Origin: an uncultured Clostridia bacterium
GTDB taxonomy: Bacteria; Bacillota; Clostridia; Christensenellales; CAG-917
Assembly: GCA_944363035.1 (NCBI GenBank)
Contig: CALVTS010000001.1
Span: 691 to 64,690, forward strand
Direction of reading: 5' to 3'
Length of the DNA: 64,000 nucleotides
Positions 1 to 7,804 of this stretch are shown here, piece by piece. Each line of letters begins with the position of its first letter. The first letter of the stretch is position 1. Both the position numbers and the translations under genes were made by a program. The notes under the pieces are model-generated. The model was not told the DNA's origin, ran no database searches, and worked only from the letters and a program-made list of their open reading frames with translations.

Positions 1-3000
1 TCATAATTGTTCTCTGAGGAGACATGATAGTCGAACTTCACATTGCAGGTCCTTCTGACGCGCACAGTGAAAGTGGCGGTGCTACTATCCAATTTGTTTG
101 TGGAAGTGAGCTCAAACGTCGACGAGTCGAACGCGAAGGGATATCTGCTGTCGTTGGTGTACGACAGATAGTAGCTCAGGTTCTGACTGTTGACGACTCT
201 GTTGTAGAAGACATCGAAATCGGGGATATAGCCGAGCCATTCGCTTCTTGATCTAGTCTCCGAAGTACTATTCGTGCCCGTGGCGTTGGGACGATCGTAG
301 CTGAATGCGATCGTATAATAGTTCCCGTTCTGCGAGACGGAAGTGACATTGACTTCCTGAAGCTCTTTGACAAAGCTGTGATTCCCGTTGTCGTTCGTAT
401 CGCCGTTGTAATTGCGGATCGCCGCGATCATGAGCCGATCGTCGTCGAACACGTCGTCCCTGTCATTCGGGAGGAGAGTCGCGCTGTACGAACTGCCCCC
501 GTTGAAACGATCGGGATCCGTCGCGTGATACTCGATCTTGGTCACGTAGCGGTCGCTGCCGGAGGAGGAGAAGGTGACATAGACCACGTCCTCATCAATG
601 GGGCTCGTGCTGTACGCCTTTGCGTAGGTGTAGGTGTTGCCGCTATACGAGTGATAGCTCCCGAGGAGGTCAGTCACCTCGTTGTAGGACATCCCGAGCT
701 CTACCATTTCCGCTTTGTCGCCGATGTAGACAAACAGGAATCTGTCCTCGAAATCGGGGATGTAGGCGAGCCACCCTTCCAGGTCGTACGAGAAGCTCTT
801 GATGGTCGTGCCATAATTGCCCGGGGCAATATAAGTGCCGTCAAGCTGATATGAGTTCCCGTAGTCATAGAAATTGGTGACGTTGAACTCCTGCAATTCT
901 TTGATGAAGCTGTAATATCCGCCGCCGTTGCCGTCATAGGAATAATCCTTGGTCACGTCGATGAACAGCTCGTCGTCGGGATAGGAGTCATACTCATCGT
1001 TTTCCACAAGTTCCACTTCTGTACTGCCGTAATTGCCGCTATTGAAGTTGTCGTAATCGGCTCTATACTCGATCTTGGTCACGTAGCGGTCGCTGTACGA
1101 GGAGGAGAATGTGACGATGACGGCGTCTTCGATATAGTACATATTCTCCGACTTGGCGTAGGTGTAGGTGTTGCCGTTGCTGTCTACGAGGTATTCTCCG
1201 AGGATGGCGGACACCTCATCGTAGGACATCCCGAGCTCCACATTCTCCGCGATGCCGCCGATATAGATGTTGATATAGCGCTCCTCGAAATCGGGCATAT
1301 ACCTGCTCCACTCGCTCACGCTCATGGTGTCGGAATAGTATACGCCAGAATCCAGCGGGGTGTCGTAGTTGCCGGAGACAGTATACTCGCCGTTATAGTT
1401 TTGATCCACAGAGACGTTGCCGAGCTCGCACAGATACATCATAAAGCTGCCGTCCTCGTATGACCTCTTGTAGCCGACATAGAAAGTGTCGTCGCTGAGG
1501 CGGTCGCTCGTGCTGTTCTCGACCAGCCAATCGTCGGTCGAGTAGTAATAATAGTGATTGTTGTAGTCCGTGGGGTCGTTTTGCGCGTTGTCGATGTAGA
1601 CGACGGCGTCCACATAGCTGTCTGCGAAAGCGATGGGCGAGGAGAAGGATATCACGGCATAGGAATATTCGAGCTCCTCCAGGTCGTTCAAGAGGTCTTC
1701 GTACTCCCTCGCGAGGTCATCGATCTCCTGCGCGTCCTCTTCGAGCTGTTCCGCCTTCTTCACAATGTCGGACATCTTGTCGTATATCTTCTTGGCGTCG
1801 GAGCTGACGTAGGTGATGCTGCTGATATAGTACATATCATCCTCGTCGAATTCCCCTATTGGGTCGCCGAGGATGTCCGTCACCTCGTCATATGTCATGC
1901 CGAGTTCCACCTTGTCTATCTTGTAGAGAGGATCGGTGGTCGTGATGATGGCAGGAGTGACGGAGAGCGCCACTATGATGACGATGAAGACGATGCACAC
2001 CACAAGCTGCATGACCTTCTTGGGCTTGGCGAGCGGGAGCTTCTTGTCGTAATGCCTGCCCATGCCCTTGGCGTGGAATATGGGAGAGGTGTACCCCGCG
2101 ATGATGCCGAGCACCATATTCACCCAGAAGGAATCCGAACTCTCGAATGAGAAGATACATATGCAGATGAACCCTGCCAGGAACGCCCACCAACCGAACA
2201 TCCAGACGAGGTTTATCGGTATCCTGCCAACATTGTTCTTCACGCTGGACACCGCAAGCATCAACGCCGTAAACGGAAGCACGCACATCGGCCCCATGAT
2301 GGCGGTGGAAACATACTGCATATCACCTGTCGAAAAGCCGAAGCCCAACGCCAGGTTGATGGTGAGCGCTATGCCCGCAAGGAAAGTGATGAGAGAGGCA
2401 AGTATGCGGAAGCCCGCGTAGCCTCCGCGAACGTAGATGGACTCTATGACGTCGTCCAGAGTGAGGTCGAAGCGCGCGCTGTACGGGATGCCTCCAAGGG
2501 ACGCCGCTCCGCCGCCGCCGTAAGCTGTATAGGCGGGAGCCGTCTCTGCGAACGCGCTCGTCGAAATGACGTCGGCGTCATCGTCGTCGTCCAGAAGCTC
2601 CGCTTTGGGGAGCCCGTCGTCTGCGGGATACGCCTTCGCGACGGGGATATCCTCGCCGCCGTGGGCGGGGGAGGTCTTAGCCTCGGACTTGGCTTTCGCC
2701 GCCGCGCCGAGGGCGGAGACTTCGGCAAGCGTCTTGACCGCATACGCCTTTATGTAGGAGCTTGCGGCAGGCGCGTCCGAAGTGATGGACAGCACATATA
2801 CGAACGGGAGCGCGATCATCCACAGTATGGTGAACACCAGCGTCACTATGATGCAGTCGCCCGCATATGCATAGTCGTTCGCGCCATCGACGAGAATGCA
2901 CGCCGCGACAAAGATAGTCGCCAAAACGCACATATAACCGACATAAAACGCATACTTCAAGCTCTTGTTCGTCTTTTTGAACAGAGTCAGTACCAGTTGC

Positions 3001-4007
3001 GCGATCGCCGCCGCGAGAATTATGACCGACATCGACAACAGATATGCCGTGGAGCCGTAAGCCTCGGCGAACAAAGCATCGTCCGCATATCTTCCGGCCT
3101 CGATGATGTCATATCCCGTTACCGACTCAAAGAGGACGTCTATCACGGAGCCGCCCAAAAAGCCTATAAAGAATATGCCGAGCAATATCATGAGCGCGGG
3201 CATCATGAGCCCCATCACCTTGGTGTATATCGTCTCGGGCATGGGAGATGGCAAAAGCTGCGCGAGCGCGGCTTTCTTTTGCGCGTGGACTGTCTTTAAG
3301 GAATTGTCAGCCGCCGCGGGAGCCTCCTCTTCCTTGACGGGAGAGGCTTCTTCCTCGCTGTCTGCGGCGACCTCCTCTTCGGGGGACTCCCCTTCCGCAC
3401 CCTCCGTTGCCTCTTCGGCGACATTGTCAGAAAGAGATTCCTCGGCGGGCGCGGGAGCTTCCTCGGCGGGCGCGGGAGCTTCCTCCGCGAGTTCGGAGAC
3501 CTGCTCCTCCTCTTTCTCTTCGGGAATGGAGCTGTCCGCCTCCTCATCTGCGGGCGTCTCCTCCGCAGGGATGGGCTCCGCCGCCTCTTCCTCTTCTTCG
3601 GGGACGGCTTCCGAACTCTCTTCAAAGGAGGACTCCTCCTCGGGGACGGAAGAGACTATCTCCTCCTCATCCGCGTCCTCGACGGGCACGGACACCGCTA
3701 TTTCTTCCTCCTCTTCGGGAGCAGAGGATATCACGACATCCTCCGTCTCCTCTTCCGCGCTCTCCTCGTCGGGAGAAGGAGCGCCTTCGGAGGACACTTC
3801 CTCGGCGTCGGCGGAGGCTTCATTCACTTCGGAAGAGCCTTCATCGACGTCGGCAGGGATATCGGCTTTTTCGCTCTCCTCCTCTGCGGGCGTTTTCTCG
3901 GGAGGGGTCCCTCCCACATTGAACACCTTGCCGCAGAACAGGCACTCGAACTCGCCGTCTCCCTTATATTGGAGCGCTTCCACTCCGCAACCGGGACACT
4001 TTTTCAT
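1..4007 (-). CDS. Very large membrane protein, 3' end outside the window (>1335 aa). It has an N-terminal zinc ribbon, a ~250-aa acidic linker, a polytopic TM block, and at least 4 extracytoplasmic repeats with a GM(S/T)Y(D/N)EV..LG motif (BamE/SmpA_OmlA- or DUF3862-like).
   Basis: The minus frame is open from the ATG at 4007 (RBS aaggagga upstream) to the window edge. The ORF track omits it because no stop lies inside the window, and no other ORF is listed in that frame. Manual translation gives MKKCPGCGVEALQYKGDGEFECLFCGKVF (CxxC..CxxC), then an E/A/S/P-rich acidic region whose antisense is the spurious S-rich ORF 3103..4047. Hydrophobic helices follow (MGLMMPALMILLGIFFIGFLGG, SVIILAAAIAQLVLTLF and others), then repeated VELGMSY(D/N)EV..LG...RYVTKIEY modules. 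Confidence 0.75.
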   Translation of the reverse strand, partial: MKKCPGCGVEALQYKGDGEFECLFCGKVFNVGGTPPEKTPAEEESEKADIPADVDEGSSEVNEASADAEEVSSEGAPSPDEESAEEETEDVVISSAPEEEEEIAVSVPVEDADEEEIVSSVPEEESSFEESSEAVPEEEEEAAEPIPAEETPADEEADSSIPEEKEEEQVSELAEEAPAPAEEAPAPAEESLSDNVAEEATEGAEGESPEEEVAADSEEEASPVKEEEAPAAADNSLKTVHAQKKAALAQLLPSPMPETIYTKVMGLMMPALMILLGIFFIGFLGGSVIDVLFESVTGYDIIEAGRYADDALFAEAYGSTAYLLSMSVIILAAAIAQLVLTLFKKTNKSLKYAFYVGYMCVLATIFVAACILVDGANDYAYAGDCIIVTLVFTILWMIALPFVYVLSITSDAPAASSYIKAYAVKTLAEVSALGAAAKAKSEAKTSPAHGGEDIPVAKAYPADDGLPKAELLDDDDDADVISTSAFAETAPAYTAYGGGGAASLGGIPYSARFDLTLDDVIESIYVRGGYAGFRILASLITFLAGIALTINLALGFGFSTGDMQYVSTAIMGPMCVLPFTALMLAVSSVKNNVGRIPINLVWMFGWWAFLAGFICICIFSFESSDSFWVNMVLGIIAGYTSPIFHAKGMGRHYDKKLPLAKPKKVMQLVVCIVFIVIIVALSVTPAIITTTDPLYKIDKVELGMTYDEVTDILGDPIGEFDEDDMYYISSITYVSSDAKKIYDKMSDIVKKAEQLEEDAQEIDDLAREYEDLLNDLEELEYSYAVISFSSPIAFADSYVDAVVYIDNAQNDPTDYNNHYYYYSTDDWLVENSTSDRLSDDTFYVGYKRSYEDGSFMMYLCELGNVSVDQNYNGEYTVSGNYDTPLDSGVYYSDTMSVSEWSRYMPDFEERYINIYIGGIAENVELGMSYDEVSAILGEYLVDSNGNTYTYAKSENMYYIEDAVIVTFSSSYSDRYVTKIEYRADYDNFNSGNYGSTEVELVENDEYDSYPDDELFIDVTKDYSYDGNGGGYYSFIKELQEFNVTNFYDYGNSYQLDGTYIAPGNYGTTIKSFSYDLEGWLAYIPDFEDRFLFVYIGDKAEMVELGMSYNEVTDLLGSYHSYSGNTYTYAKAYSTSPIDEDVVYVTFSSSGSDRYVTKIEYHATDPDRFNGGSSYSATLLPNDRDDVFDDDRLMIAAIRNYNGDTNDNGNHSFVKELQEVNVTSVSQNGNYYTIAFSYDRPNATGTNSTSETRSRSEWLGYIPDFDVFYNRVVNSQNLSYYLSYTNDSRYPFAFDSSTFELTSTNKLDSSTATFTVRVRRTCNVKFDYHVSSENNY

Positions 4008-4027
4008 CTTATCCTCCTTACGCTATG

Positions 4028-4816
4028 TTATTTCGCGGTGGGCATAGCCATCCCGCACGCGGCGATGATACGCTCGAAGTTCTTCTTCCTTGTGTATCTC
4101 GTGACATAGAACAGATCCACGATGTTCCAGATCGTGGCGGTGAGAATGCCGAAGAGCCACTTGCAGACCCCGAGCGCGACATATCCAGCGTAAATGCGGT
4201 CGATGCCCGTGAGATAAAATAAGAACGCGCACACCGTCGCGCAACGGGGAGAACGCAGAGTCACGTTGAGCGCGGCGCGCGCCATGTCGATGGGCACAGT
4301 CATTATGGTCTGCTCCAACACGCGGTAGTCCTTGGGATTGCACCACGGGGCGAGCGTCGCCACGATGGCGCTCCTTTCGGCGTACTCGGCGACGGTGTTC
4401 ACGCCTGCCGAGGGACCCGCGGGCTGAGGTCTGTACATCCCCTGGGGTTGCGCCATGGGCTGAGGAGCCATGGGCGCGTACGCCTGCTGTTGAGGTTGCT
4501 GAGGCACGGGAGCATACGCCTGTTGCTGAGGCACGGGAGCATATGCCTGTTGCTGAGGCGCGGGCGCATATGCCTGCTGTTGGGGTTGAGGCGCGGGCTG
4601 GGGAACGTGCTGTGCCGCAGGTTGAGGCTGAGGCACGGGCTGGGGAACGTGCTGTGCCGCAGGTTGAGGCTGAGGCGCGGGTTGCGGCGCCTTGACGGGC
4701 GCGGGCGCGGCAGGGGCAAAACTGCACACCGTCCCGCACTTGGGACACACCGCACGCGTTGCGGAATCTTCTACGGCGGCGACTGCTCCGCACTTGTAAC
4801 ACTTGAATTTCTTCAT
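4028..4816 (-). CDS. Zinc-ribbon / PQ-rich linker / TM2-domain membrane protein
   Basis: 262-aa ORF. The N-terminus MKKFKCYKCG..CPKCG is a zinc ribbon. The low-complexity linker contains QQQAYAP x4 and PQPQPAAQHVPQPx x2. The C-terminal motif GIDRIYAGYVALGVCKWLFGILTATIWNIVDLFYV is TM2-like. The gene ends 20 nt upstream of the giant ORF on the same strand. Confidence 0.8.
   Translation of the reverse strand: MKKFKCYKCGAVAAVEDSATRAVCPKCGTVCSFAPAAPAPVKAPQPAPQPQPAAQHVPQPVPQPQPAAQHVPQPAPQPQQQAYAPAPQQQAYAPVPQQQAYAPVPQQPQQQAYAPMAPQPMAQPQGMYRPQPAGPSAGVNTVAEYAERSAIVATLAPWCNPKDYRVLEQTIMTVPIDMARAALNVTLRSPRCATVCAFLFYLTGIDRIYAGYVALGVCKWLFGILTATIWNIVDLFYVTRYTRKKNFERIIAACGMAMPTAK
4478..4680. repeat. In-frame coding tandem repeats inside the TM2 gene: a 27-bp unit about 3.5x, then a 42-bp unit 2x
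   Basis: The unit gcctgttgctgaggcacgggagcata(c/t) is repeated from about 4478 to 4585. The unit gggctggggaacgtgctgtgccgcaggttgaggctgaggc occurs at 4595 and 4637 (period 42 bp = 14 aa). Confidence 0.8.
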
Positions 4817-5033
4817 GAAAAAATCCTCCTTATATCCTCCCCGCTCGCCGTAGTTCGGTCTGCGGTAATGATCTCAACGACAAAAGGAAATGCCGCCTCC
4901 GCGCGGATCCCCTTCTTCCGCGGACAAAAACGTCCATAAAGTATATGTCGGCGTAAATATGATAACACACCATAGAAATATATACAATACAAAAAATCAT
5001 ACTCTCGGTATTTAATTTTTTTCACACTGTTCA

Positions 5034-5097
5034 CAATTTGAAAAAAAAGTGTTTGAAAAAACAAGTGTTTGAACAGATGAAAAGACAAGCGCTTGAA
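5034..5097. promoter_or_regulatory. Four direct repeats of (G)TGTTTGAA-like 9-mers in an AT-rich intergenic region upstream of the zinc-ribbon operon; possible regulator binding sites
   Basis: aatttgaa at 5035-5042, gtgtttgaa at 5049-5057, gtgtttgaa at 5065-5073, gcgcttgaa at 5089-5097, with spacing 15/16/24 bp. The same GTGTTTGAA string recurs in the 32-nt repeat family at 62.5 kb. Confidence 0.2.
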
Positions 5098-5100
5098 AAC

Positions 5101-5134
5101 GCAAAAGGAAAACCCCGCTCGTCCGAGCGGGGTC
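5101..5134 (-). terminator. Rho-independent terminator of the GDPD gene
   Basis: Hairpin ccccgctc-gtcc-gagcgggg, followed on the minus strand by ttttccttttgc. Confidence 0.7.
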
Positions 5135-5176
5135 GGATGACGCGCTTTCCTTTCCGCACGTCAATGCCGAACGGTA

Positions 5177-5213
5177 TGCCGGACCGCAACAATACGGACC
5201 GCCGGCGTCGGCA
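5177..5213. mobile_element. Mini remnant of the MITE family (two degenerate TIR tips only), TA-flanked, 2 nt from the GDPD stop codon
   Basis: ta-tgccggaccgcaacaatacggacc...gccggcgtcggca-ta. The left tip matches the TIR consensus TGCCRGAC(M)GGAATAATACGAACC with mismatches. Confidence 0.35.
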
Positions 5214-5215
5214 TA

Positions 5216-6238
5216 CTAACCTTTCAGCACGTCATAGCACATATCGGGGTCGTCGGACATCACGCAGTCCGCGCCTATCGAGCGCAGATGTTCCACGTCG
5301 TCCGCCTCGTTGATGGTCCAGTACTGCACGGCGATGTTGTACTTGTGGGCGTAATCCACGAGCTCCTTCGTGCCGAGGAAATTCAGAGTCTTGCTGTACG
5401 GGATCTGCAACGCGCAGTAGCCCACTCCCCTCTTGTCGAGGTCCGCGCCCGTGAGATAGGCGAACCAGAAGTCCAGCACTTCGCATATGGAAGAGGAACG
5501 GAGCATATCGGGATAGTTCTCGTCCACGTAGTCCGTGACGTTCTGATTGAACGTGCCGAACACCACGTCGTCAAGGAGGTCGTACTCTTTCAGGGTGTCA
5601 TAGAGGATGTCCGCGGCTTTTTCACCCAATTTGCCGCTGTTCTTGATCTCGATGATGTAGCGGAATTTGCCGTACTCCGCGGGAGCGACCGCCTTCGCCT
5701 CGGGGGACTCCATATAGTCGAGCACCTCTTCGAGGGTGCACACCCTGAGCCCTTGCGCGTTGATCTCCGCCTCCGACAGCGGACGGAAGGGATAGCTGCC
5801 ATCCCTTTCGAAATTGTAGCCCATGTTGAGGCGGCGAAGCTCTTCCAGAGTGTAGTCCTCGGGGCGCGCGTCCTTTTCCCCCAGCACCTCGCGGGAATCG
5901 GAGGTCCTGTCCAAAGTGGAGTCGTGGAGGAGTATGAGCTCGTTGTCCTTGGTGATGTGGAGGTCAAACTCCCAAATATCCACGGTATAGCCGCCCGTAG
6001 TCGCCTCGTGTATGCCGAGCTTGAACGCGTTCAGGGTGTTTTCGGGCGCGAGGATACTGCCCGCGCGATGCGCGGACACCATGGTCGCGTCCTCCGCGAT
6101 GTAGGAATTTTTCTCACCCGAAAAATAGTTCTTGTCCACGGCGCAATCCGCAATGCCGATGACGCAACAGCTCACCCCGAATATCAGGATGAAAAGCCCG
6201 AGCATCACGCCGAAAAGCACTTTATACTTTCTTATCAT
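5216..6238 (-). CDS. Glycerophosphodiester phosphodiesterase family protein, membrane-anchored
   Basis: 340 aa. It has an N-terminal TM helix, the GDPD signature VSAHRAGSILAPENTLNAF, and the later motif FDLHITKDNELILLHD. Confidence 0.85.
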   Translation of the reverse strand: MIRKYKVLFGVMLGLFILIFGVSCCVIGIADCAVDKNYFSGEKNSYIAEDATMVSAHRAGSILAPENTLNAFKLGIHEATTGGYTVDIWEFDLHITKDNELILLHDSTLDRTSDSREVLGEKDARPEDYTLEELRRLNMGYNFERDGSYPFRPLSEAEINAQGLRVCTLEEVLDYMESPEAKAVAPAEYGKFRYIIEIKNSGKLGEKAADILYDTLKEYDLLDDVVFGTFNQNVTDYVDENYPDMLRSSSICEVLDFWFAYLTGADLDKRGVGYCALQIPYSKTLNFLGTKELVDYAHKYNIAVQYWTINEADDVEHLRSIGADCVMSDDPDMCYDVLKG

Positions 6239-6305
6239 ACCATTAAACCGTCGTTTTGCGCATTTTGCGCATCTTAGTCATCCCGTCCGACGTGAGGGGA
6301 CGCTG

Positions 6306-7349
6306 TCATTCCTCCTCTGCGGGAGCGGGCGTGTAGCCCTTTTTCAGGCACTTGAAATGCTCAAAGCGGAAGATCACCGCTTCCCTTGCGAACATCATGC
6401 ACACAAAGGCTATCGTGCCGCCCATGAGCACGTCGGAGAAGAAGTGCGCGCCCACCACTATGCGGCTGATCGCGACCAGTCCCGTGAACGCCACGGGGAA
6501 TATCCAGCACAGAGCTCTCAGCCCTTTGTTTTTGGTCCCGAGCACGTCGGGGAGCATAATGAGCGCGTATGTCATGCCCGCCGCGCAGGTGTGCCCAGAG
6601 GGGAAGGACTTGAAAGCGTCCGACACACCGTACATCTCCTTGAACATATCCGACCACTCCTCGGGCTGTCCGCCTCGGGATTCATACCAATTCTGGAAAT
6701 TCGCGGTGAATCCGCCGAGCTCTTGCCCGAGCTCGCTGTTCATGGCGCGGTAACGCATCCTGCCGACGGGGTCCTTGATTATCATGATGAGCACGTTGGC
6801 TACGATCGCCATTATGACGAACGCGATGACGAACTTCATCAGCTTTTTCAGAGTCTCGTCCTTTATGCGCCAAAACGCGGCTATCGTCACCGCCGACGCC
6901 ATCAGCGCGCATATGACGGCTATAACCGTCATCACCGTCTCGACATACTCCGCACCTGTGAACTCCGTCCTCGCGTGCTCGGCGATGTAGCCGAACATAT
7001 CGTCAAAGAAGAACCAGTACGCCACCACGGATCCCGCAAGGAGCACCGCGCAGAATATCTCGCGCATGGGACGAAGTTTCAGCGTCCGCCACACGTACAG
7101 CATGAGCAGCACCACGCATATCGCCGCGATGACGTAGATGGGAGACGAACCGAATACCTCCAATGTCACGCCGAACACGTCGTGGGAAAGGTATTCCCCG
7201 TCCGCCAGGGCGTTTTCGGTGAGGATGTCGCTCACTTTCAGGTCGGTGAACGACGCCGCGATGAGCAGTCCCGCGAATATGACGACAAACAACGCCACGC
7301 CGAGGATCACCCTGCTCTTTTCGGAAAGTTTGGAAAAGATCATAATCAT
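6306..7349 (-). CDS. PAP2-family phosphatase, polytopic membrane protein
   Basis: PAP2 motifs KSFPSGHT and SRIVVGAHFFSDV are present. I moved the start from the track's 7520 to Met58 (MIMIFSKL) at 7349, which has gagaggg upstream and avoids running toward the tRNA gene. Confidence 0.8.
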   Translation of the reverse strand: MIMIFSKLSEKSRVILGVALFVVIFAGLLIAASFTDLKVSDILTENALADGEYLSHDVFGVTLEVFGSSPIYVIAAICVVLLMLYVWRTLKLRPMREIFCAVLLAGSVVAYWFFFDDMFGYIAEHARTEFTGAEYVETVMTVIAVICALMASAVTIAAFWRIKDETLKKLMKFVIAFVIMAIVANVLIMIIKDPVGRMRYRAMNSELGQELGGFTANFQNWYESRGGQPEEWSDMFKEMYGVSDAFKSFPSGHTCAAGMTYALIMLPDVLGTKNKGLRALCWIFPVAFTGLVAISRIVVGAHFFSDVLMGGTIAFVCMMFAREAVIFRFEHFKCLKKGYTPAPAEEE

Positions 7350-7546
7350 CCCTCTCGGTGCCTCTGCACCCAAATGTAAAATAGCGCAAACACGCTTTTG
7401 TATATCATAACACAAGTCGTCCGCGAGTTCAAGAGTAGTTTGAAACGCCGCGCTAGGCAAATTGTTTTGAAAAAGCGGGTCGATATGCTTGCATGGCGGT
7501 CTTTTTTGTGATATCATCACTAAGCAACGAAAGTTGAACGCGGTAC

Positions 7547-7621
7547 GCCCTCATGGTCAAGCGGTTAAGACGTCGCCCTCTCACGGCGGAATCTGGGGTT
7601 CGATTCCCCATGAGGGTACCA
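7547..7621 (+). tRNA. tRNA-Glu (anticodon CUC), CCA encoded
   Basis: Manual cloverleaf. Acceptor gccctca/tgagggt; D arm gtcaagcggttaagac; anticodon stem tcgcc/ggcgg with loop cu-CUC-ac; T arm tgggg-ttcgatt-cccca; discriminator A plus CCA. 75 nt. Confidence 0.88.
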
Positions 7622-7728
7622 ATAAAAAAACCACCGAACTAACGGTGGGTTTTTTATTTTTTCCCTCAAAAATGGGTACCAATAAAAAAACCACCGAACT
7701 AACGGTGGGTTTTTTATTTTTTCCCTCA
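7614..7728 (+). repeat. Exact 55-bp duplication (period 60 bp) of the tRNA 3' end (gggtacca) plus its intrinsic terminator
   Basis: gggtaccaataaaaaaaccaccgaactaacggtgggttttttattttttccctca occurs at 7614-7668 and again at 7674-7728. Each copy has the hairpin ccaccg-aactaa-cggtgg flanked by an A-run and a T-run. Confidence 0.9.
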
Positions 7729-7759
7729 TTCAAGGTACCGATATTGACTACAATAATAT

Positions 7760-7781
7760 ACGCGCGCGCTGGCGCGCGCGT
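7760..7781 (-). terminator. GC-only palindromic hairpin downstream of the S41 peptidase gene; possible terminator
   Basis: acgcgcgcgc-tg-gcgcgcgcgt, followed on the minus strand by atattattg. Confidence 0.35.
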
Positions 7782-7804
7782 GAGCGTCGTTTGACGCGGG
7801 AAGG

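Noticed and set aside
3103-4047. 314-aa Ser/Ala-rich plus-strand ORF and the overlapping frames at 3296..3625 and 3407..3922
   Set aside because: They are antisense or off-frame readings of the Glu-rich acidic linker of the giant minus-strand ORF. They have no RBS and no start context, whereas the minus frame continues into a zinc ribbon with a strong RBS.
4023-4802. Alternative 259-aa minus-strand frame overlapping the TM2 gene (also 4399..4755 and 4448..4939)
   Set aside because: They give Arg/Ser/Ala-rich off-frame translations of the repeat-containing region. Only the 4028..4816 frame yields a zinc ribbon and a TM2 motif.
7350-7520. N-terminal extensions proposed by the ORF track for many genes (6306..7520, 7805..9361, 9244.., 20492..22675, 29521..31425, 26327..27412, 46178..46852, 47207..48268, 48220..49146, 56748..57713, 58155..58799)
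   Set aside because: The upstream parts are Arg/Gly/Pro-rich, often begin at GTG/TTG, and overlap neighbouring genes. Internal ATGs have Shine-Dalgarno sequences, signal-peptide or lipobox contexts, or ATGA stop/start coupling with the upstream gene.
7489-7794. 101-aa ORF covering the tRNA-Glu gene and the duplicated terminator; also a prophage or integrative element at the tRNA
   Set aside because: The ORF is a translation of the tRNA and the repeat (GTNKKTTELTVGFLFFPS twice). No integrase or cargo genes flank the tRNA, so only a possible scar is reported.
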